Source: a virus (Duplodnaviria > Caudoviricetes). Taken from it: a stretch of DNA of 64,000 bases. The DNA is taken from IMG/VR virus record IMGVR_UViG_3300005512_000001, positions 224,001 to 288,000 of that record. The stretch is one strand, 5' to 3'. Positions 56,232-64,000 of this stretch are shown piece after piece; within the stretch, counting starts at the first letter, position 1, and the number at the start of each line of letters is the position of its first letter. Both the position numbers and the translations under genes were made by a program. The notes beneath the pieces were generated by a model, which saw only the letters and a program-made list of their open reading frames with translations, was not told the DNA's origin and did no database searches.

Positions 56232-58607
56232 CTAAGATAGTTCGAGTTGACCGAGGGAGAATTCTGAGAACTGATGTAGCTTTGACCTCAGAATTACTCT
56301 GCGTACTTTAGAACCTGGCCATAACCTCAAACCGAATTTGCCATACTTGACCACATCTGTGATTGTATAATATGGGTTGCCTGTATCTGCTGGCAACAAT
56401 AAGTTATTCCACCACATCCAGACCTGGCCCTCATTCACCATGATTTTCAGAACGTTGTAATATTCTACTGTAGAAACAACTCCGCCATTTAAGATATAGA
56501 ATCCGGATTCACTGGTGGTGATGCCTGATGTGGTTGTTTCAGCCTCACCGTTCTGCCAGTAAACTGAGCCATCTTCTGATGATGAAAAATCTTGTATAAA
56601 ATTATCTGCAATATCAGTTGGGCTAGTTGATTCTAAGTTGTATTCGGTTCCCATATCGAGCGTACCAACTATTGGCTGCATTTCGATATCATGGCTGTTT
56701 ATGTTGTGCCTAAACTGCAACCTAGCAGCAGTTGTGGTATATTCTTCATGGAGAATTTCTACGACTGTTCCGGCAGCTGGTAGCGGGTCATTTGTTGCCA
56801 GATAAATAGCAGCACCAGCACTACTTGGAAGTTTCGCGGCATATTGCACTGTCTGGCCATATGTAAATGAGCCATCAAACATCAGGACCTTGATTGCGCC
56901 CCTTGATGGTAGGTCATGCCAGTTCACACCCATCAATTGCACCCAGCTCATGCCGCTATATTGCCCGGTATTAAATGCACCTGTGTCTGTTATTGTTGCA
57001 TATTTTGTGTCTACTGTCGAAATCGGTGCTCTAAATAACACATCGACTGGTGGGAATAATACACCAGCGGTCGACTCAACCGGCCTGGAAAAATGGACCT
57101 CCATCAAGGCATTACGCAGACTTGCTCGGTGCCATATGAAAATTGGCCTTTGAATGTTAGACCCGTTATCGTCATCTACCACTTCTAAGTGCCTGCGGTC
57201 CGGGGTTGTACCAGCACCAACAGTGTTGACGATGGAAAAAGTATAATTCGCTTGCCCAGAAGCTGGTATCACACTATCTGGTTCGGTTCCGACGCCATCT
57301 GATACAAACACCAACATCGGGTCGTCCATATTAGTGACGCCCCATTCATTCGGGTCTATTAATGATATATCATTGACGCTATCGCTTGGCTCTGTTGGGG
57401 CAGAATCATCCTCTGGTCTGAGTTCGATTGTATTCCCAAATTCGACTGCACCTAGTGTTGCCCACAATCCATTTACGTTGATGGTTGTCTCTTTGCAGTA
57501 ATAGCAAGTAGTCGACCCACAATTTATAGACCACACATCAATGAATTGTCCTAGTGGCAATACAGTGCCAAGAGCGGAATCCAATATTAGCGTATCGTCA
57601 TCTAAGTCCCATTGGAGTACATTGGTTACAGTGAACTCATCACCTTTCACCGCCTGGCCTGTTATATCCCATAGCTTCGCTTTATATTGGTTTGTGGATA
57701 GAACACTTGAGGTGTAACCAGTGATCACACCCATCTGCTTTGTGATTGAGCTGCCTTTATATAGCAGGGCACCTAGCAGGCCAGGCTCAGAATCTCCACT
57801 TAACTTGAAGTCTATCCTATTGCCATCGTCATCGGTTCCGACGTACCACACGCATTCTGGAGTGCCAGTGGCACCTGGTGTGAATGCCCAACCAACGACA
57901 CCGACACCATTTTCATTGCGTTTTAGAACCACATCAACTTCTGCTTCATTTGCGCTAGTCATACCATCATCGTAGCGTTTGAAGATAAATGTTGGGTAGT
58001 CGCCTTTATTACCAAGCGTACTATATGTCGAATTTGGATTTATAACTGTAGATTCTGGGAATAGATATACTTTCAGCTCACCATATGAATTTATATTAGG
58101 AAGCTTGCCGCCACATGATGGCGGCCTTAATGCGTTGGCTTCAGTTTCATCTTGTATCCAATAGACTTGGAAACATTCCTCAGCAGCACAAGTGAAAGGT
58201 GCTGGGACATCAACAATAAATCGGATTACATTGCCGACGCGTTCTAGGCTTATGAATTCACTACCAGCTGCTAGTACAATATCGCCTTGCAACCATCCAC
58301 CATCGTCGGGGAATCCAGCCCCTTGGAATCCCAAGACGCCTAAGCGTGTGCCGACAATTTCATCTAACTTACATTTGTCGTTTGCCGACATTAATCCGGG
58401 AGTATTGCATGAAGCATCTGGAACCGGGTCTTGGCTTACGTGCGTTGCGCCATGAGTGTTGCTGGCGGTTATCAGGCTCTCTCTGATGTAGAACATCCGT
58501 TGCTGACTATCATATTGATATGTCAGATTGGTATTGTCTGGCCCCAGTATTTGAACCAGCTGGCCATCAATATAGGTGCTATATGGCTGAAGTTTGTTAT
58601 CTACCAT
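56232..58607 (-). CDS. Virion structural protein (fibre/baseplate-type)
   Basis: HGATH..DPVP.AS...PGLMSANDK motif shared in style with 47821 and 49461; GCAAAAATA upstream. Confidence 0.6.
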   Translation of the reverse strand: MVDNKLQPYSTYIDGQLVQILGPDNTNLTYQYDSQQRMFYIRESLITASNTHGATHVSQDPVPDASCNTPGLMSANDKCKLDEIVGTRLGVLGFQGAGFPDDGGWLQGDIVLAAGSEFISLERVGNVIRFIVDVPAPFTCAAEECFQVYWIQDETEANALRPPSCGGKLPNINSYGELKVYLFPESTVINPNSTYSTLGNKGDYPTFIFKRYDDGMTSANEAEVDVVLKRNENGVGVVGWAFTPGATGTPECVWYVGTDDDGNRIDFKLSGDSEPGLLGALLYKGSSITKQMGVITGYTSSVLSTNQYKAKLWDITGQAVKGDEFTVTNVLQWDLDDDTLILDSALGTVLPLGQFIDVWSINCGSTTCYYCKETTINVNGLWATLGAVEFGNTIELRPEDDSAPTEPSDSVNDISLIDPNEWGVTNMDDPMLVFVSDGVGTEPDSVIPASGQANYTFSIVNTVGAGTTPDRRHLEVVDDDNGSNIQRPIFIWHRASLRNALMEVHFSRPVESTAGVLFPPVDVLFRAPISTVDTKYATITDTGAFNTGQYSGMSWVQLMGVNWHDLPSRGAIKVLMFDGSFTYGQTVQYAAKLPSSAGAAIYLATNDPLPAAGTVVEILHEEYTTTAARLQFRHNINSHDIEMQPIVGTLDMGTEYNLESTSPTDIADNFIQDFSSSEDGSVYWQNGEAETTTSGITTSESGFYILNGGVVSTVEYYNVLKIMVNEGQVWMWWNNLLLPADTGNPYYTITDVVKYGKFGLRLWPGSKVRRVILRSKLHQFSEFSLGQLELS

Positions 58608-58646
58608 CAGTTATCTCCAAATTCCTATAATATTTTTGCAGAACTG

Positions 58647-59756
58647 CTATCCCAGATATATAAATAAATACTCTAACTTACGGTCTGACCGAATTGGCAA
58701 TATTTTAATTTTGATTGCTTTAGTGGGTTTGAGTACACTTGATAGCTGTTTGTGTTGTGTAGTTGGTACAAACACCAACATATCTTTGCATATGCTACGA
58801 AGATACTTAATTCTGTCTATCTGCAACTCTTTGAAATTGTTATCTACTACCAATAAATCGTGTGGTTTGGTAGATTTCACTACCTCTACGCCTATCCGAT
58901 TTATTAATTCTATTGGTGGTCTGGTGCCATTTAGAGTGGCATACTTGCACCCTAGCATCCACGAAGACAATATTTTCTCATGTAAATTTGGTGATGCGTC
59001 GACCAACACTCTGTGACGGTCGATATTGAATAGTTGTTTTATGACAATACCAAATATTGATGGGTCGTGCCATTTTGGGCCGTAGCCAGACCCGTATAAC
59101 ATTGAATGAATTGTGGTTATATTAAAATCCCATTTCTTTTTGCATAATAATTTTTGCAATGCCGAGAACAATATCTTGCTGTTTGAAAATGCGTTAGATA
59201 ATGTTTTGCGTTCGTCATCTCTATACATATGTGAGATATCGTAGTATTTTTCAATGATGGGCCTGCCAGGTCTGGGGTGTTTGCGGACTGCTGCATATAA
59301 ATCGACTATATTATGGAAATAAATATGATTTACGTTTGCCAGCCATTTTAATTCAGCATCTATCATGGACTCTGTAATATGCGGTTTTATGTAATCGCCG
59401 GAGATCAATATCTCTATAAGGTGTTGAATCAGCAGCTCTTTTTCTATATAACTTAAATCATTAATTCGGTTTCGTGGTATGTGGAAATATTTGGATAATT
59501 TTGATTCCTCGCCACTAAATGGACCCCATGTGAATTCATAGTCTAATTTTACTGGCCAATTGCATCGTTTATCGTCTTTCGAAATCTGGCTAGACCAAAT
59601 GCGGCGTTTTACATAATTGTATATATAACTCCTTTTAAACCCAGTATTATATTGGACCCTTATCCGGTCATTGTATAGATGCGCATATTTCACCGGACTT
59701 GCTTCTTGTAATTCACGGGCTAGTCTTCTAACCCAATATGGAAAGTTATAACTCAT
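58647..59756 (-). CDS. Degenerate methyltransferase-like protein
   Basis: PGRPIIEKY and LVDASP...KILSSWMLGCKY align by eye with PGNRIIEKF and YDPCAG...RLIASYLAGIDY of 20366..22093. Confidence 0.45.
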   Translation of the reverse strand: MSYNFPYWVRRLARELQEASPVKYAHLYNDRIRVQYNTGFKRSYIYNYVKRRIWSSQISKDDKRCNWPVKLDYEFTWGPFSGEESKLSKYFHIPRNRINDLSYIEKELLIQHLIEILISGDYIKPHITESMIDAELKWLANVNHIYFHNIVDLYAAVRKHPRPGRPIIEKYYDISHMYRDDERKTLSNAFSNSKILFSALQKLLCKKKWDFNITTIHSMLYGSGYGPKWHDPSIFGIVIKQLFNIDRHRVLVDASPNLHEKILSSWMLGCKYATLNGTRPPIELINRIGVEVVKSTKPHDLLVVDNNFKELQIDRIKYLRSICKDMLVFVPTTQHKQLSSVLKPTKAIKIKILPIRSDRKLEYLFIYLG

Positions 59757-60204
59757 TCAAGAGGTCTACTATTGATTGAGGAATAGGCGGTTCTTTTGTT
59801 TTATTTATTAGACGCCCGATTTTATGTCTTGAACAATTTAGCAATTTGCTCAATTGCCGCTTGCTGATTCCAAGCTCTTCATTGCATTTTAACAACCATT
59901 CTGGCTTCGTGTCCCAGTCATCTGGGATGTTAATATTTGGTAATGGTTTGCTGTCCGGTATATATAATGGCCTTCTTCTGGTGCTAGTGATGATACTGCC
60001 ATCTATCTCTGTTATAATTATTGGATTGACTCTAGCTTTGCGTATCCATTTTTTGATAGTGGCTTTTGTGCGGCCAGCTATCTGGCAATGCTCGTGCAAT
60101 GTTAATTCTGGATACTCTTCAAACCATTGTCTTAATTTTAATGGGTCTGAAGTATCTACAGAATCAAAAATTTTTTGAAATTCTATTAATTCGTCGTGAT
60201 CCAT
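59746..60204 (-). CDS. HTH-containing protein
   Basis: ISKRQLSKLLNCSRHKIGRLI; probable start MDHDE. Confidence 0.55.
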   Translation of the reverse strand: MDHDELIEFQKIFDSVDTSDPLKLRQWFEEYPELTLHEHCQIAGRTKATIKKWIRKARVNPIIITEIDGSIITSTRRRPLYIPDSKPLPNINIPDDWDTKPEWLLKCNEELGISKRQLSKLLNCSRHKIGRLINKTKEPPIPQSIVDLLNEL

Positions 60205-60417
60205 TGTTATATATATATATATACAAGAAGCGTTAGTTCTAATTAGATTTGTGAATATAAAATTAACCACAATAATAATTTAGGAATATTAATCAAAGAT
60301 ACGATATATTGTGTGATTGTGTAAATTAGGGTAGATAAAAAGAGCTGCTGCTAAGGCTTAGCGATATTTTAATAAGGACTCCTAATAATTAATCATAAAT
60401 ATGATGAGGTAAACTAA

Positions 60418-60891
60418 ATGGCCACTCATAAATCTAAGAATTATATTTTTATAGACCCTCTATGTGAATCTGATGATGTGTTTGAAGAATGTAATTTAAT
60501 GCAGTTAGAATCAGGCACTGCGATTTGCAAAGGTAAGACTGGATTAATATTTAGAGAATGTAATCTAACAAATGCTGTAGTTCCTGAAGGTTCTACTGTT
60601 ATAGGATGTAAGGTCAGTGACGCCGAATTTTGCTCCCACAAGCATCCAAAATGGGTTGATAAATTTGGGCTTACACGATGTAATATTCTTTGCGACCATC
60701 GGCAAGGCGATGAAAAGCAGTGGGTTGATGTTCCAAGGAAGCGATTCCGCATTTCGAAGAACCAAATAGATGGGCCAGTAACTCGCATAGTTCAAGAAAC
60801 TGATGCTGACGGTGTTGTAGAGCAGGTCTTCCAGGCCAGGTTGTGGGTTTACGAAGATACGCGCATTCGCAGGAAGGATGCTACTAAATGA
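60418..60891 (+). CDS. Hypothetical Cys-rich protein
   Basis: GAGG SD; FEECNL/FRECNL repeats. Confidence 0.6.
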   Translation: MATHKSKNYIFIDPLCESDDVFEECNLMQLESGTAICKGKTGLIFRECNLTNAVVPEGSTVIGCKVSDAEFCSHKHPKWVDKFGLTRCNILCDHRQGDEKQWVDVPRKRFRISKNQIDGPVTRIVQETDADGVVEQVFQARLWVYEDTRIRRKDATK

Positions 60892-62150
60892 CCACTTATT
60901 TTTGTGATTTAGGACAAAATTCGTTTGTTGATTCCACAGGCGACCCGGATGGAGATGGTAGCGCCAACTATTATACCGGGCCAGGTGGTTTTTTGCAGTC
61001 GCTTACAGGATTCGGCAATGGCACTCAACTTGCTGCAGGAGATATCCTATACATCAAAGGAACTGGTTACATCGCCAGATTAGTAAAGATTGTAACTGGA
61101 AGCAGCCATGCCACTTGGGCGGCTGGAGATACAGTTCATGATACGCCATCGACGCCGGATTGGCAAGGCGATATTATTTGGGCGGAAAGCGACACAACGT
61201 TTTGGGTGTGGCTTGATGGGGCGTACTTGTGGAATGACATTGATGACGCCGATGGCATAACCAATGACGATAGAGGTGCCGACCCTACTGATGCTGTAAT
61301 GACTTCGACATGCTACGGCATTGAATTTCCAACTCTCTCCGGCGATACGACTGATGGGTGGATAAAATTTGTAGGTGTGAATAGTAGTTGGGCAGATGAT
61401 GGAACTTATGCTGTGTTGGATGGTGAAGATGAGGCAGACCACTGCTTACATATGGAATCTGGCGTTACAAACGATATGTTGTGGTTTGAGAACATACGCA
61501 CTACCCGCGCCGGTACTGGTTGGTATTTCCGTGGTTCTGCTAATTCCAATAATATAGTTATGCATTGCAAGTCTGATTTATGTTTTTATGGCACCGACTT
61601 TTACCGAGCCGCTGAACTAACGTGTTTGAATTTTGTCTGTACGGGGAGTACATCGGATGGTATGAGTGAAGGAATTTATGGGTATGATTCAATCTATGCT
61701 TTTTGTAAATCACACAATAATGGTGGCGTAGGGATTGGTGGGAGTTCTTCCCGATTGGCGTTTTATGGTTGCTTGTGTTATGAGAATGTCGATAATTACG
61801 AATGTGATAATGGCTTATTCCTTAATTGTGTAGCTGATGGCGCAACATCAGATGGTATTGACCAACAAGGCGCAGATGTGCTTAGAACAATAGGTTGTAG
61901 AATAACAAACAGTACTGCGTGGGGAGTTGAATTTGCGACTACAGCCTCCATGCTCATCTCTGCATATAGCTATTTCGGCGGCAATAATGGAGTTGGAGAC
62001 GATATAGATGGGATGTATGCTGATGTAGTTGGCAACACATTCGATGGGTCTGAAACCGACCACGGGTATGTTGATTCAGCTAGTGATGATTACAACCTTG
62101 ATAGCGATGAAGCTGCGGGTTACGCAGTGGCAATTGATTTGGATGCATAA
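60888..62150 (+). CDS. Right-handed beta-helix protein (tailspike-like)
   Basis: AGDILYIKG, Cys/Asn ladder repeats, C-term YVDSASDDYNL. Confidence 0.7.
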   Translation: MTTYFCDLGQNSFVDSTGDPDGDGSANYYTGPGGFLQSLTGFGNGTQLAAGDILYIKGTGYIARLVKIVTGSSHATWAAGDTVHDTPSTPDWQGDIIWAESDTTFWVWLDGAYLWNDIDDADGITNDDRGADPTDAVMTSTCYGIEFPTLSGDTTDGWIKFVGVNSSWADDGTYAVLDGEDEADHCLHMESGVTNDMLWFENIRTTRAGTGWYFRGSANSNNIVMHCKSDLCFYGTDFYRAAELTCLNFVCTGSTSDGMSEGIYGYDSIYAFCKSHNNGGVGIGGSSSRLAFYGCLCYENVDNYECDNGLFLNCVADGATSDGIDQQGADVLRTIGCRITNSTAWGVEFATTASMLISAYSYFGGNNGVGDDIDGMYADVVGNTFDGSETDHGYVDSASDDYNLDSDEAAGYAVAIDLDA

Positions 62151-64000
62151 TGGCAAATGAATTCCATATTTCATTAGGATTGCCTGTAGCGAAATCTCTG
62201 GGCCAAAGTCCTGGTGGGGTTAATACATTTTATGAATCGTCTGGGTTACTGCCTCCTATATTAACTGCTGGTTTGTCGTCGTCTTCGTCGTCTACGTCAT
62301 TTATTAGTAGCTCCTCTAGTTCGTCTGTGAGTTCTAGTTCGTCTGTGAGTTCTAGTTCTAGTGTGAGTAGTTCCTCTAGTTCTGTAGTGTCACCGCCGTA
62401 TAGTAGCAGTTCTAGTTCGTCTGTGAGCTCTAGTTCGTCTGTGAGTTCTAGTTCGTCTGTGAGTTCTAGTTCGTCTGTGAGTTCTAGTTCGTCTGTGAGT
62501 TCTAGTTCGTCTGTGAGCTCCTCTAGTTCGTCTGTGAGCTCCTCTAGTTCGTCTGTGAGCTCCTCTAGTTCGTCTGTGAGTTCTAGTTCGTCTGTGAGTT
62601 CTAGTTCTAGTGTGAGTAGTTCCTCTAGCTCTGTAGTGTCACCGCCGTATAGTAGCAGTTCTAGTTCTAGTGTAAGTTCCTCTAGCTCTAGTGTAAGTTC
62701 CTCTAGCTCTAGTGTGAGCAGTTCTAGTTCTAGTGTGAGCAGTTCTAGTTCTAGTGTGAGCAGTTCTAGTTCATCTACAAGCTCTAGCTCATATGAAAGC
62801 AGCCCATATATGCAGGATATAATAGATAATAGAGGTATCCCAGGCATTGGGCATAATCCACATAACTTTATAGAGCGATATGGCGGAGAAATGGTGCCGG
62901 TATTTAATTATGAGCCCGACCCGCAGACCACTAGGGGTGATTATTATTATAATGCGAGAATCAACCAATTATTTAAAAAGATATGCAAAGAGGGAGAAGT
63001 AAAATATTATTATTGGAGATGTGCTATTACCAATGCGGAGCCTAGACCTGGATATGACGCAGGAGACGTAGAACTTGGAGACCCAGGTTATCCGGTTAAT
63101 CCTGACGGTGGCGGTGGCGGTGGTGGGGGCGAAGATGACAGTCCTGAGACGGTAAAAGCAATCCATACTGCGATTTATCCAACATGGGGCGATGTGCCTG
63201 AACGCAATGATGTTTTTGTTGAGTATGGATTTAATACTGTAATTATGCACAATCTTATCTCTGATTCCACTGATTATTCTGGGTCTCCAGATGCAGCTAT
63301 TGGATGGAGCCTTATCCGGGATTATACTTCTTGGGCAGATAGCCGTAATATGGCTTTCCATCCAGTTATGTCTTTTGCTTATAATGTTGATACATACGGC
63401 AGAGGATTTGAAAAAGGCGTAGGTGAGGATGGTGTTGAGACTCCTTTTGTAAGTCCATGGGATGTAGATTATTGGGATTATCTTGGGGATATTCTTGTTA
63501 GCTTAGCAAGATTTGTTAGAGATTCCGATGACCATCGCGCTGATGGGTTCTTCTTTGACCTTGAAATATATGGTCATTACTACAAAGGCAAGAAACAGCC
63601 GTATCTTGATCGGATTAGTTGGGGGTATGCTGACAATATTTGGGAATCATATTTAGCTTCGATTGGTAGTGGTGCATCTGTACCAATTCGCTCTCAAAGA
63701 AAATCATGGCTTATAGCTAACTCGTCTCTGGATGAATATTACCTGTACCTTGAAGATAATATCGCTGCTTTGGCGAAGAATTTAAAGGATAGGATTCATG
63801 CTGTTAACCCTGATTTTATGATTGGGGTTTACCAATCTCCTAATCGGAATTATTATGATGCGGCTATTGCTAGCGGCTTGAGCGAACCAAACGACCCGAT
63901 TACCGTTTGGGGAACTGAAATGTACATTCCTTGGAAAATTGTAGATGGTGAACTTGTAGTTGGTGTTGACTTATTGCCTACTTTGGTCCCTTATAGTACT
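62150..64000 (+). CDS. Ser-rich linker + glycoside-hydrolase-like TIM-barrel protein (3'-truncated; absent from the ORF track)
   Basis: TAATG coupling; frame open to the window end: MANEFHIS..(SSSSSV)n..SPWDVDYWDY..DGFFFDLEIYG..IHAVNPDFMIGVY. Confidence 0.75.
   Translation, partial: MANEFHISLGLPVAKSLGQSPGGVNTFYESSGLLPPILTAGLSSSSSSTSFISSSSSSSVSSSSSVSSSSSVSSSSSSVVSPPYSSSSSSSVSSSSSVSSSSSVSSSSSVSSSSSVSSSSSVSSSSSSVSSSSSSVSSSSSSVSSSSSVSSSSSVSSSSSSVVSPPYSSSSSSSVSSSSSSVSSSSSSVSSSSSSVSSSSSSVSSSSSSTSSSSYESSPYMQDIIDNRGIPGIGHNPHNFIERYGGEMVPVFNYEPDPQTTRGDYYYNARINQLFKKICKEGEVKYYYWRCAITNAEPRPGYDAGDVELGDPGYPVNPDGGGGGGGGEDDSPETVKAIHTAIYPTWGDVPERNDVFVEYGFNTVIMHNLISDSTDYSGSPDAAIGWSLIRDYTSWADSRNMAFHPVMSFAYNVDTYGRGFEKGVGEDGVETPFVSPWDVDYWDYLGDILVSLARFVRDSDDHRADGFFFDLEIYGHYYKGKKQPYLDRISWGYADNIWESYLASIGSGASVPIRSQRKSWLIANSSLDEYYLYLEDNIAALAKNLKDRIHAVNPDFMIGVYQSPNRNYYDAAIASGLSEPNDPITVWGTEMYIPWKIVDGELVVGVDLLPTLVPYST
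62276..62791 (+). repeat. Ser-rich coding tandem repeats (18/21-bp units)
   Basis: AGTTCTAGTTCGTCTGTG units, plus a higher-order duplication containing VVSPPYSS. Confidence 0.95.

Noticed and set aside
60208-60223. (TA)n microsatellite as a phase-variation switch
   Set aside because: A short tract in AT-rich DNA with no evidence of variability from a single sequence
62276-62791. CRISPR array
   Set aside because: Tandem in-frame repeats without unique spacers; no cas genes
62230-62847. Minus-strand ELELTD repeat ORF
   Set aside because: Antisense shadow of the Ser-rich + strand gene, which is translationally coupled to its upstream neighbour
1-64000. Stop-codon reassignment
   Set aside because: Core genes are full length in the standard code, and TAA, TAG and TGA all end genes

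Overview
AT-rich window of a large (jumbo-type) tailed phage with T4-like head architecture. It carries a gp55-like sigma factor, a large terminase and a portal, each with an intein, plus the prohead protease, scaffold and major capsid protein. It also encodes GroEL, dCMP deaminase, dUTPase, glycosyltransferases and collagen/beta-helix virion proteins. A dockerin + PEP-CTERM protein suggests a Planctomycetota-type host (inference). The standout feature is a ~440-nt structured non-coding region (28717-29155) right behind a 243-aa gene of unknown function. It folds into two circularly permuted tRNA mimics (T-arm before D-arm, acceptor stem closed by a 23-nt loop) carried on long arms with AARYTN hexamer repeats, so it is a candidate protein-ncRNA system. 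Other themes: mobile-type endonucleases fused to DNA-modification domains (three Vsr/DUF559-like + Mom-like GNAT fusions and one LAGLIDADG + methyltransferase fusion); two phage promoter-like motifs, often only a few nt from the ATG; a capsid-targeting-like N-terminal signature; two expanded families of small paralogs; and strong GATC avoidance. All calls come from reading motifs by eye; no searches were run.
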